Below are positions 45,472 through 53,640 of a DNA stretch of 64,000 nt, one piece after another. Origin of the DNA: a virus (Duplodnaviria; Caudoviricetes); IMG/VR virus record IMGVR_UViG_3300033150_000846, positions 276 to 64,275 of that record; one strand, written 5' to 3'. Made by a program: the position numbers and the translations under genes. Position 1 is the first letter of the stretch. The number at the start of each line of letters is the position of its first letter. The notes beneath the pieces were generated by a model that saw only the letters and a list, made by a program, of their open reading frames with translations, was not told the DNA's origin and did not search any database.

Positions 45472-45714
45472 TCACCAGTAGACAGCGTGGTCATGCAACT
45501 GTCTGCGTCCAACCTTGAAAAATTTTTCAATGAGATGGTTGGCAATCGACGCGTAGTAACCACAACCTGAGATGTCATCGTTGCGGGCTGCAGCTAGGGC
45601 TTGTTGCAAGTTTGTCTCAACTTCTTGCAGGCATTGTTTACGAGCCGCTAGAACACTGTTCTGGCGGCGAAGTTTCTCTTCTTCGGGCAAATGTTCCCAT
45701 TCTTCGTATCTCAT
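45472..45714 (-). CDS. Hypothetical protein
   Basis: AAGGAG SD before MRYEE. Confidence 0.55.
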   Translation of the reverse strand: MRYEEWEHLPEEEKLRRQNSVLAARKQCLQEVETNLQQALAAARNDDISGCGYYASIANHLIEKFFKVGRRQLHDHAVYW

Positions 45715-45830
45715 TGTGTCTCCTTTTAGTCGAGGGTAGCTAGCCAGTAGGCTAGCCAGAAGTATAGTATGCCTATGGCAAAGGCTAACAATTGCATTGG
45801 CTCCATAAGCGTTTTTCTCAGCCAAGTAAC

Positions 45831-46076
45831 TTAGTAATTTTCGATTGACCAGAAGCCAAGGCAAGCCCCGTCTCCAGGGTGAGCACCAAAATAGTAGCCT
45901 TCAGGAGCAAGTTCATTGAGTTGGTCGTCTAGGTGCTCTAGGTAGTACTCATCGTGAGGTTCCTTTTCGAAAGGAATGTTGAGAGAGTTGAGGAAGTCTT
46001 CGAAGGCTTCAATTAGATCCTCTGTACGGAGAGTACCTTCAGAGACTGTGTAGTTGCGAAGATCGATGTTTTTCAT
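45831..46076 (-). CDS. Hypothetical phage protein
   Basis: SEGTLRTEDLI...APEGYYFGAHPGDGACLGFW. Confidence 0.7.
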   Translation of the reverse strand: MKNIDLRNYTVSEGTLRTEDLIEAFEDFLNSLNIPFEKEPHDEYYLEHLDDQLNELAPEGYYFGAHPGDGACLGFWSIENY

Positions 46077-46103
46077 TGAGTGTCCTTTCTTGGCAAGGTG
46101 TTT

Positions 46104-46625
46104 TCAGGTGATTTCCCAGAGGTCAAACTCCTTTTCTTTTTTCTTGAAATGGAGGTCACAGCCAGAGATGTCGCCGTTATCCAAAGCTACGGTGATTGCG
46201 TGCAGGAGGTTTTCCATCCCACGCTTTTGAGTCTTGTCTTGCGCTTTCATGTCTTCCTTTGAAGGTTCTTCGAAGTCGATGAGACTTCGAGGATCTGAGT
46301 AGCCGCCTAAGCGGGCAGCCTCGTGGAGTTTGATGATTTGGTTGTCGTCTAGGACGACTAAAGCGTTGAGGTAAGCTCCCTCCTTGGCCATTTCTTCGGC
46401 TGTAAGACCAGGCCGAGAGGGACGACCGTTTGGGAAACAAATTGCCCAGACGGCTTTGGCTATTGCAGCTAAGTGAAGGGGGATATTGCCTGCAACAACT
46501 TTGTTGCGGACATCCTTTTCTGTAACTTCGGTCTTTATTGGGGCGTTTTGAAAGCCCGGCAAGTTCTGGCGGATGAAGTCAATTGCGCCTTTGTGGCGTG
46601 AGACAATAAGGTTGTTGTTTGGCAT
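46104..46625 (-). CDS. Csx16-like (Cas_VVA1548-type) protein, putative ring nuclease
   Basis: IVSRHKGAIDFI, VVAGNIPLHLAA and LTAEEM...GAYL match the Csx16 pattern (SRHxGA, GxLPxHLAA, L.A.E...GA.L). Confidence 0.7.
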   Translation of the reverse strand: MPNNNLIVSRHKGAIDFIRQNLPGFQNAPIKTEVTEKDVRNKVVAGNIPLHLAAIAKAVWAICFPNGRPSRPGLTAEEMAKEGAYLNALVVLDDNQIIKLHEAARLGGYSDPRSLIDFEEPSKEDMKAQDKTQKRGMENLLHAITVALDNGDISGCDLHFKKKEKEFDLWEIT

Positions 46626-46649
46626 TGTGGCTCCTTTTCTTGGTTGCGG

Positions 46650-46838
46650 CTAGGCAGTGGCTGCTCTGGTTGCTAGTGGGGCAGCCACGAAGATTGTGAT
46701 TGGTTTTGGTTCACCGGCTTTGGTAAACCTCAGTTCATCGCGGAGAACTGCCAGTACCTCGCAATGCTCCCGGTGGTTGTTGATCCAAATGTCCCCTGTC
46801 TTGATAGGGGCTTCTGTTTTGTAGATTCTTGCTAGCAT
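46650..46838 (-). CDS. Small hypothetical protein
   Basis: AAGGAG SD. Confidence 0.5.
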   Translation of the reverse strand: MLARIYKTEAPIKTGDIWINNHREHCEVLAVLRDELRFTKAGEPKPITIFVAAPLATRAATA

Positions 46839-46848
46839 TTGTGTCTCC

Positions 46849-47133
46849 TTAGTCTTTTGGGACTTCGACTGTGAGGAGCCTTTTAATGTGGGCTCCGTAG
46901 AGTCGAAGTTGGGTTGCAGTTAGCCTTCTCCCTTTTGGAGGAGAGGCGTTAAAGCAAAGGGCAAAGACTTCTTTGGCTTCTGCGGCAATGGAGACTGGGA
47001 TGTCTCCTGCAATAGACGCGCCTTTAGCGTCTTCAGTGGAGATGAAGGAAAGGACACGAGCATCTTTGAATTGGGGAAGGAGCTCCCTGATGTAGTCTAT
47101 TACAGCAGGGTGTTCCGTAACAATGATTTTCAT
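46849..47133 (-). CDS. Second, diverged Csx16-like protein
   Basis: MKIIVTEHPAVIDYI, IAGDIPVSIAA and RLTATQLRLYGAHI are collinear with 46104-46625. Confidence 0.6.
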   Translation of the reverse strand: MKIIVTEHPAVIDYIRELLPQFKDARVLSFISTEDAKGASIAGDIPVSIAAEAKEVFALCFNASPPKGRRLTATQLRLYGAHIKRLLTVEVPKD

Positions 47134-47146
47134 TTGAGAGTCCTTG

Positions 47147-47377
47147 CTAGCACAGGGCAAAGACGCGTTTGTGCCTTTGGTCGAACTCAGCGCGAACTCC
47201 GTAGCCGAGTTCTTCGGTTGGGTCACAAAGAGCGTCCATATAATCGACGTCTTCGTCAAGGACTACTGCTGCAGTGAGAGGGTCAATGCGGTGAAATTCA
47301 TTTTCATGCATGTACTGGGCTAGACGGCCAAGAACATGATGTTTTTCAAAGACCGGGTCTTTACTTTCGTGAGTCAT
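47147..47377 (-). CDS. Small hypothetical protein
   Basis: AAGGAG SD. Confidence 0.55.
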   Translation of the reverse strand: MTHESKDPVFEKHHVLGRLAQYMHENEFHRIDPLTAAVVLDEDVDYMDALCDPTEELGYGVRAEFDQRHKRVFALC

Positions 47378-47639
47378 TAAAGTGGCTCCTTTCTTGTTCG
47401 TCTAGGAAGACAACCTTGTCCCTCAAGAGCCCCTGTACTAAGAGGCTTGATACGGTTTCTTTTTCCCATTGGTCGTAGTGGAAAGAGCATACCGGGAACA
47501 TTACCGATTGTAGGTTAATGTCCTCATAAACCCTTACACTATGGGTGGCTGGCTCATTACAGCCAGCAGTACTGCACAGTTGGGCAGGACCGTCAAACTT
47601 GCTACGGCCCTTGATGTACTGAGCGTAGCTTTGAGACAT
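47361..47639 (-). CDS. Small zinc-finger protein
   Basis: CSTAGC..PA...CSFH; GGGAG SD. Confidence 0.6.
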   Translation of the reverse strand: MSQSYAQYIKGRSKFDGPAQLCSTAGCNEPATHSVRVYEDINLQSVMFPVCSFHYDQWEKETVSSLLVQGLLRDKVVFLDEQERSHFNDSRK

Positions 47640-48017
47640 ACTTTCTCCCTTTTTTTAGTTTGCGACACATCCTTTGTGCAGGTTGTGCCTTTTTTGTAAA
47701 GTTGAGTGGCGGCGGCTCAAGGATTGTTGAGTGTCGCTCACTCAGATCTTGTGCCTAGGCTAAGCTAAGACTTTGGGCCGTTGGCTAGGCTAGACTGATT
47801 CTCCCAGGTGGAATATCGGTGTGCCAGGTGACGTTCGCTTCACCTGGGACGCTCACAGATGCCTGGAGCGGTTCTCGGCAGATGCCTGAGGACGCTCAGG
47901 GACGCTCAGAGCGATTCTCAGGCATGGCCAGGCACCTAGACACCTGAGAGGCGCTAGGATTGCGCCACAGGCTTGCTATGGCGCAGGGACGAGGGATTCT
48001 CAGGGGAGTAGAGGGGA

Positions 48018-48308
48018 CTACTGGCGAGGGAAGATCGCGGCACGGATGGCATGGGCGCGCGACCGAAGTTTGGCCGCTTGCCGTGCGTCGATCGAGGATT
48101 GGGTTTCAGGTCTAGGTCTCGGTCGGTGGAAGTAGGCTGGACGAACTACTACTTCAGTAGCGCGAGACCAGGGACCGTTCCCAGGCTGGATAGAGCGATG
48201 ATTAGGCGTGGTAGCACGTTTCGGTGGCCGGATGCCTTTGACCTGAGACGGGAACTGGTATCGCCACTGGCGAGAGAATGGTGGTTGAGGCGGTTTTGGT
48301 AAATTCAT
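48018..48308 (-). CDS. Pro/Arg-rich hypothetical early protein
   Basis: GAGG SD; lies downstream of a terminator, so expression is uncertain. Confidence 0.4.
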   Translation of the reverse strand: MNLPKPPQPPFSRQWRYQFPSQVKGIRPPKRATTPNHRSIQPGNGPWSRATEVVVRPAYFHRPRPRPETQSSIDARQAAKLRSRAHAIRAAIFPRQ

Positions 48309-48317
48309 AGTTCCTCA

Positions 48318-48357
48318 CAAATAAAAGAATCCCTGCCAGGCGGTACCTGGCAGGGAC
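48318..48357 (-). terminator. Intrinsic terminator
   Basis: TCCCTGCCAGG/CCTGGCAGGGA stem followed by TTCTTTTATTT on the minus strand. Confidence 0.75.
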
Positions 48358-48379
48358 AATTTCAAAGGCTGAAGGCGTG

Positions 48380-48892
48380 CTACTTGGCAGCCTTACGCGT
48401 CTTAGGCGGACGTGGAGGGGCTTTCACGGGCTTAGGCGATGCCACAGCCTGGGGCTGGGGCTGGGGCTTCACGATGCTGAAACGTGCGTCCACCGGCTCG
48501 ATTGTGAGCCACCCCCGCGACATGGGCAGGTGCAGCTTGAGCCGGACTACAGCACGGAGTGACTCGCCATTACGTGGAATCACTCCATCGGCAGAGGCAG
48601 CGGCAAGCAGTTGCTTACCTGCAGCGTCCATGGCGTTGGAAGGGACGTCAATAGTTTTTTCGATCTCCCCTTCAACGTCAACAAGATCAACGCCTTCATA
48701 AGGCGTGCCTTGCTTGCCGTCTTTGGTCTTACGGAAGCGCTGGATTGTAGCGGCCTCCAGGTCTGCGAGTGACCCAAGGCTGATGAATGCATTGCCTTGG
48801 TCGTCGAATACGATCGGGGCCGATACCGGTTTTTCCGGTATGCGGCCACTGGATGATTGGGGCTGACCCAATCGCGAGAATGTTAATGCCAT
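48380..48892 (-). CDS. Early hypothetical protein with Pro/Lys-rich tail
   Basis: AGGAG SD before MALTFS; has its own promoter and terminator. Confidence 0.7.
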   Translation of the reverse strand: MALTFSRLGQPQSSSGRIPEKPVSAPIVFDDQGNAFISLGSLADLEAATIQRFRKTKDGKQGTPYEGVDLVDVEGEIEKTIDVPSNAMDAAGKQLLAAASADGVIPRNGESLRAVVRLKLHLPMSRGWLTIEPVDARFSIVKPQPQPQAVASPKPVKAPPRPPKTRKAAK

Positions 48893-48950
48893 AGCTTTGA
48901 TTCTCCTATAGGTAGATTTTAGGGCCGGCCGGAGCACGGCCACTGCGGAC

Positions 48951-48979
48951 AGGGTAGCACAGCGGCGGCAGGGTGTCAA
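48951..48979 (-). promoter_or_regulatory. Early promoter
   Basis: TTGACA-17 bp-TACCCT with TG extension. Confidence 0.6.
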
Positions 48980-49094
48980 GGGGAAAGTGTGAAAAAAGTT
49001 GGAAGTCGTTTGTTTTCAGTGGTTTGCGGGCGGCGGGCAACTGTTCGCCGGGTGGGCGGTTTCGCCTTTTGTTCGCCTCGCGGGGCGGTGAAGG

Positions 49095-49125
49095 AAAACC
49101 CCTAGCTAGGGGATAGCTAGGGGTT
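49095..49125 (-). terminator. Intrinsic terminator
   Basis: AACCCCTAGCTA/TAGCTAGGGGTT stem with T run on the minus strand. Confidence 0.65.
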
Positions 49126-49139
49126 AGGGAGAGGTTAGG

Positions 49140-49301
49140 TTAGTGCTTAGCGACCGTTGGTTGGTCTCGTGGGTCTGGTGGCGGCGGCAAGAGTCTGGGG
49201 ATTGGCAGGGTGTGCCAGTTCCAGATGGTTCGTGCGGCAATGAGAGGGTGTCTCAGGCTGTAGCGTAGCCTGAGGATGATAAATTGTGCTTTGGTGTACA
49301 T
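49140..49301 (-). CDS. 53-aa first early protein, not in the ORF track
   Basis: MYTKAQFIILRLRYSLRHPL...; AGGAG SD; bracketed by a promoter and a terminator. Confidence 0.55.
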   Translation of the reverse strand: MYTKAQFIILRLRYSLRHPLIAARTIWNWHTLPIPRLLPPPPDPRDQPTVAKH

Positions 49302-49324
49302 AGGGTTTGTGTCTCCTGTCTCCT

Positions 49325-49353
49325 AGGGTAAGGGATGGGAAAGGGTTTGTCAA
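49325..49353 (-). promoter_or_regulatory. Early promoter
   Basis: TTGACA-17 bp-TACCCT, the same -10 as the 48951 promoter. Confidence 0.6.
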
Positions 49354-49419
49354 GGGGAAAATGCACGCCTGCCTCACTTTCTTTCTCGGCGACCAATCGC
49401 AAGCCTAAAGCCCCGTACC

Positions 49420-49580
49420 TTGCCTAGCCTGCCGCTTAAGGCGCGTTCCTCTCAGCCCAGCCTGCTCCACCCTAGCCTAGCCTAGCCTGTCGCTCGCCTA
49501 GCCCCAGTCCCTAGCCAATGCCCTAAGCCTAGCTAGTCCAAGCCTTAGCAAACCTAGCGAAAGTTTCGGAGCCCCCTAGG
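49420..49580. repeat. Degenerate (G)CCTAG short-repeat tract
   Basis: CCCTAGCCTAGCCTAGCCT and many further CCTAG/CCTAAG units. Confidence 0.6.
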
Positions 49581-49689
49581 CGATAAGAAAAAGGTTGGGG
49601 GCGGGCAATCAAAGCGCGTCTGTTTAGGGGCAGGAGGGGCGTTATACCCGCTTTCGCCCCATCCCTACCTTTCCAAACCTTCCCCCGCT

Positions 49690-50239
49690 GCCAAACCCTT
49701 TATTTTCACCAACTTAAGGGGGGCTCCCCCTCCCAAAGCCCCCAACCATGTAAAATTTACATAGTCAGCCAAAAAATCCAAAAAAGATTTTCACCCCTCT
49801 ACCTGGCTCTAACAGTCCAATTGTTAGAGCCAGGTGAGCTGCCCCTAACCCCTTTGTTTTCAACAACTTACATTTTACCTGGCTCTAACAAAAATCGGCC
49901 CAAAATGGCCTAACCCCTTCATTTTCAACAACTTCCCCCGATTACCTGGCTCTAACAATCGCCTCTACGCAAACGAACAAAAACAAAACTCCCTCCTTAT
50001 ACGCGAAAGCATTTTTTCTTTTTATATAAATACAATACTATACACCACTATATTTTTAAGCCCATATTTGGGTAAACCCCATTGTTAGAGCCAGGTCGGC
50101 CCAAAAAATCGCCCTAACTCCTTTCCCTTCAACAACTTACACCACTTCAGGCCCAAAAAATTGTTAGAGCCAGGTACTTGCAAACTCTTCATTCTAAAGG
50201 ACTTACAAAATCACTGTTAGAGCCAGGTTAGAGCCAGGT
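49690..50239. repeat. Putative origin or packaging region: inverted 14-bp repeats and IHF-like sites around an AT-rich core
   Basis: ACCTGGCTCTAACA at 49801, 49877 and 49944; reverse complement at 49822, 50083, 50162, 50215 and (13 bp) 50227; interleaved TTCAACAACTT elements. Confidence 0.8.
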
Positions 50240-50246
50240 CCGGCCC

Positions 50247-50275
50247 TTGACTTCGCCCCTTCCCTATGCTATACT
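50247..50275 (+). promoter_or_regulatory. Sigma70-type promoter giving a leaderless mRNA
   Basis: TTGACT-17 bp-TATACT with TG extension; ATG 50282 falls at the predicted +1. Confidence 0.8.
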
Positions 50276-50281
50276 CGAAGT

Positions 50282-50722
50282 ATGGCCGACCAAGCCCAAA
50301 GATTCCCAACTGAGCTCCCGGAGACTCCCCCGACCCTCTGCTCCTACCTGACCTGTCCCAACAACCACCGGTGGTTCCCTGACCTGGCTATCACAACCTG
50401 TCCTGGCTGCCATGGCCCTATTCTAGCCCTACGGCTCCAGAACTGCCCTATCTGCAACGAGCCCTCAGTCCAACTCACCCTCAGAATGGACCACACCACC
50501 CGAGCCATTCCCACTGCCCCCCTGTGTCGAGGAGCAAGCACAGCAGCCGAAGCCGGAACCCTGGAAGTTCCCCTCACTGCTTGGAAGACAGCCGAAAACG
50601 AGGAGGTGCCCATCGCCAACGACCAGTTCAAAAAGCTCCAACAAACCCTAAAAACCCTCCGTGAGGCCCAAGAGGCCCAAGAGGCCCAAGAGAAGAAACC
50701 CCAAGAGAAGACCAATGCCTAG
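50282..50722 (+). CDS. Zinc-binding hypothetical protein
   Basis: CPNNH, CPGC and CPIC motifs. Confidence 0.65.
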   Translation: MADQAQRFPTELPETPPTLCSYLTCPNNHRWFPDLAITTCPGCHGPILALRLQNCPICNEPSVQLTLRMDHTTRAIPTAPLCRGASTAAEAGTLEVPLTAWKTAENEEVPIANDQFKKLQQTLKTLREAQEAQEAQEKKPQEKTNA

Positions 50723-50963
50723 CCCGACCAACAAAGAGCCCATTTCTCGCATGATCATCGTCCGCATCGATGACATCATCAACCTCTTCAAGGACTACCT
50801 GGACGAGAGCGACATTCCCCCTGACACCAAGCCTCTTCGTCTGTTCCTCAACCCAAGAGACAAAAAGATCGGCATTCTGTGCGAAAGCACAAAGTGGAAG
50901 CCCATCAACGAAACCATTGAAATTCCCGTGCAGTTCAAACTAAAGAGGATCTACAGCGTATGA
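50715..50963 (+). CDS. Hypothetical protein, paralogue of 50960-51292
   Basis: R.I.V...D..NL...Y...D.P.D..PL....N....GI...S..W. Confidence 0.65.
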   Translation: MPSPTNKEPISRMIIVRIDDIINLFKDYLDESDIPPDTKPLRLFLNPRDKKIGILCESTKWKPINETIEIPVQFKLKRIYSV

Positions 50964-51292
50964 ACAAGGAAACGATCCAACTAGGGGAGCCAGGCCGACG
51001 CATTCTCGTCGTGAGCGTCGAGGACCTTCTCAACCTCCTCACGCACTACACAGACGGCGACGTTCCCCTTGACGCCGAGCCCCTCTTCGTGGGCTTCAAC
51101 AAGTACCTGCAGCGCATGGTCGGCATTTTCACCCGTTCCCGCCAGTGGCGACACGCAAGAGTTGACCCCGTCACCGGCGTCGCCAAGCCCCTGCACATCA
51201 GGTACGAAGGCAAGAAAATCATGAGCTGGCACCAAAGGCCCGAAGAGCCCACAGCCTGGAAGGAAGGTCCCGATGCACCCAAAAGAGACTAA
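50960..51292 (+). CDS. Hypothetical protein, paralogue of 50715-50963
   Basis: Same pattern as the preceding gene; ATGA overlap. Confidence 0.65.
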   Translation: MNKETIQLGEPGRRILVVSVEDLLNLLTHYTDGDVPLDAEPLFVGFNKYLQRMVGIFTRSRQWRHARVDPVTGVAKPLHIRYEGKKIMSWHQRPEEPTAWKEGPDAPKRD

Positions 51293-52139
51293 AGGCTCAG
51301 TCCTCCTCGTCGGCGATGCAATGATTGACGAGTTCATTCTCGTCACTAAAAGGAAGTCCCACACTCCCCTCGTTTACTACGCAAGCCCCCCAGCGGTCCG
51401 TCCCGGCGGTGCCGCCAACACCGCCAACCTACTAAAGTATCTCGGAGTCCCAACCACCCGCGTGTACTCCAAAGACATTACATGGCGAGTCCCAACCAAA
51501 ACGTACATTCTCGCCTCTGACAACGCCATTCTTCTGCGCCTCGACCGGGACGACCATGTCAGGCCCCTGGACTACGACCAACTAGCCAGTCAGCTCCTCA
51601 AGTTCGACAACGTGGTCGTGAGCGACTATAACAAGGGAACCATCGACGACAAAGCTATCGACCTCATAAACATCTTGGCCATGCGCCTCTTCATTGACAC
51701 CAAGCGCGACCCCTATAGTTGGCGAAAGGACGCGACCTTCTTCCCAAACGAAACCGAATTCCAAAAGTACCAAGACCACTACCTAAAACTCCCCCGTGTA
51801 GCACACAAGCAAGGGGTCAAAGGAGCCAGGTTCCTCTCTTACGGAACCGTCAAGACCGAGGTTGAAGCACCGACCATCGCGTCTTATTACGCTTGTCAGC
51901 CTCACACAATCGGGGCGGGAGACGCCTTCCTTGCAGGCTGGGTCCGTGCCACCGTCGCAGAGAACCTAACGAACGACCGGGACCGGCTGGAGTTCGCTGT
52001 AGTAACCGCCTCCCTCTCATGCACGTACCCCTACACGCAAGGAGCACCCCTCCCCCAAATAAAGAAGTACATCGAAGAAGGCTCCCAAGACCTTCTCTTC
52101 TGTGAGCCCCTAGGAACTAAAAATGAAAGCTATACTTAA
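51273..52139 (+). CDS. PfkB-family sugar kinase, RfaE/HldE kinase-domain-like
   Basis: LVGDAMIDEF, PGGAANTA, LLRLD, SDYNKG, IDTK, PNETE and GAGDAFLAG motifs. Confidence 0.88.
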   Translation: MHPKETKGSVLLVGDAMIDEFILVTKRKSHTPLVYYASPPAVRPGGAANTANLLKYLGVPTTRVYSKDITWRVPTKTYILASDNAILLRLDRDDHVRPLDYDQLASQLLKFDNVVVSDYNKGTIDDKAIDLINILAMRLFIDTKRDPYSWRKDATFFPNETEFQKYQDHYLKLPRVAHKQGVKGARFLSYGTVKTEVEAPTIASYYACQPHTIGAGDAFLAGWVRATVAENLTNDRDRLEFAVVTASLSCTYPYTQGAPLPQIKKYIEEGSQDLLFCEPLGTKNESYT

Positions 52140-52380
52140 ACGTTTCGCAAAAAAGTTCGTGCTACTGGACAACTTCTGCCACTTGTGTGGTCGAAAAACT
52201 GCTCCTTGGAGGGCCTCTAACAGTCTATGGAACAAAGTAAACCCGAAGCATGAAATTCTTTGCTGGGACTGCTTCTACCAGCTAGCTAGCGACAAGGGAG
52301 TTCACGTGAGCATTCCCTTCGTGACAGAGACACGAAAATGGGTAAATACACACCACAACCGGAGGAAGCGAAGCTTGTAA
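52123..52380 (+). CDS. Small zinc-finger protein
   Basis: CHLC...LCWDC. Confidence 0.55.
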   Translation: MKAILKRFAKKFVLLDNFCHLCGRKTAPWRASNSLWNKVNPKHEILCWDCFYQLASDKGVHVSIPFVTETRKWVNTHHNRRKRSL

Positions 52381-52715
52381 ACAAAGTGTGGGGATGCGAG
52401 CAAATCGTCATAAACCGCGACTTTTGCTTCAAGATCATGTACGTGTTGCCCCATGCCCGCTCTTCAATTCACAAGCACGCAAAGAAGGACGAGCTCTTCT
52501 ACGTCCTGAAAGGCCCAATACTCTTCGAGGTCGGCAAAAACATTCGCCGTCGTCGCGAAATTGTGGCCCACGAAGGAACAATCATTCACGTTCCCCCGAA
52601 CACCTGGCACCGATTTACTAACTTTGGCAGCGGGGTTACACAATTTTTAGAAGCTTCTACACACGATGATCCAAACGACTCAAGACGAGCAACGAAGAGT
52701 ACTCGCAATTTCTGA
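52338..52715 (+). CDS. Cupin (sugar isomerase-like)
   Basis: KVWGCE, SIHKHAKKDELFYVLKG, PPNTWHRF and EASTHDD motifs. Confidence 0.85.
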   Translation: MGKYTPQPEEAKLVNKVWGCEQIVINRDFCFKIMYVLPHARSSIHKHAKKDELFYVLKGPILFEVGKNIRRRREIVAHEGTIIHVPPNTWHRFTNFGSGVTQFLEASTHDDPNDSRRATKSTRNF

Positions 52716-53640
52716 CAATATTTTCGTTCGTGACAAGGTACCAAAATATCCGGAGTGGTTTGGTCTCAACAACGAAACCTTGGAGTGGCTGGAAAAGTGC
52801 CCAACCAAGCTCAGAAAGAAAGCTGCCAAGGCAATGGCACAGGTTGAGTGGGACAAGTGCCACGACTCGCTGTTTTACTGGTTGGACCACACTCAGCATG
52901 TGAAGACGGACAAGTGGCCGGAGGGTCTCCCCTACGTCTTCACTTATGATCCTCACCAAGCGTTTCGCTGCACTCTCTGCAAAGGAACGGACAAGGACCG
53001 CACTCTGACTTTCGACAAACTGGCGGTCCACCTGGAGCTCGCCCACAGTCTCAGAGCTCCAAGCCACAGCGCTGTCCTCTCGTACTTCGAGGAACTGCCG
53101 AGCATCCGCCCGTTTCCCTACCATCTCCCTTACATCAAGCCTATAGCCGAGAGATGGCTCACGGAACGTTATCTCTTCATTATGAAGAGTCGGGACATGG
53201 TCGCCACTTGGATGGTCATTGCCTTCTACACCTGGGACACAATCTACAATGAGGGAGCGCAGAACATCGTCCAAAGTCTGAACGCGCGGAAAGCCTACGA
53301 CCTCGTCAGCCGAGCTCACCACATATACAAGAATCAACCGAAAATTCTCAGGGACATAAGCCCGGCCAAGCTGTCCGTCGGCAGCATGAAAGGTGGAGAA
53401 TTCATTGTGAAAGGGGGAGAGTCTATAATGATGGGATTCCCTCAAGACCCGGACCAGATTCGCCAGTTTCACCCTAGAGGTCTTTACCAAGATGAGGCTG
53501 CCTTTTTGCCCCAGGCAGCCGCTAGCTTCGCTGCCGCCAAGCCATCCATCCAGAATGGAGGCCGCTTCACGGCCACCAGTTCCGCCAACCCTGGGTGGTT
53601 CGAGGCGGCGTGCATGGACATGTTGAGTAACTATGACTAA
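52666..53640 (+). CDS. terL: Terminase large subunit, ATPase half
   Basis: KSRDMVATW Walker A variant, YQDEAAF Walker B and TSSANPG motif C. Confidence 0.85.
   Translation: MIQTTQDEQRRVLAISDNIFVRDKVPKYPEWFGLNNETLEWLEKCPTKLRKKAAKAMAQVEWDKCHDSLFYWLDHTQHVKTDKWPEGLPYVFTYDPHQAFRCTLCKGTDKDRTLTFDKLAVHLELAHSLRAPSHSAVLSYFEELPSIRPFPYHLPYIKPIAERWLTERYLFIMKSRDMVATWMVIAFYTWDTIYNEGAQNIVQSLNARKAYDLVSRAHHIYKNQPKILRDISPAKLSVGSMKGGEFIVKGGESIMMGFPQDPDQIRQFHPRGLYQDEAAFLPQAAASFAAAKPSIQNGGRFTATSSANPGWFEAACMDMLSNYD

Noticed and set aside
1963-49696. Opposite-orientation motif copies spaced at multiples of about 5.2 kb
   Set aside because: There are only five gaps, and allowing multiples makes a fit easy; it is not supportable without a statistical test.
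49801-50239. 14-bp repeats as a mini CRISPR array
   Set aside because: The repeats are too short, occur in both orientations with irregular spacing, and the intervening DNA is itself repetitive.
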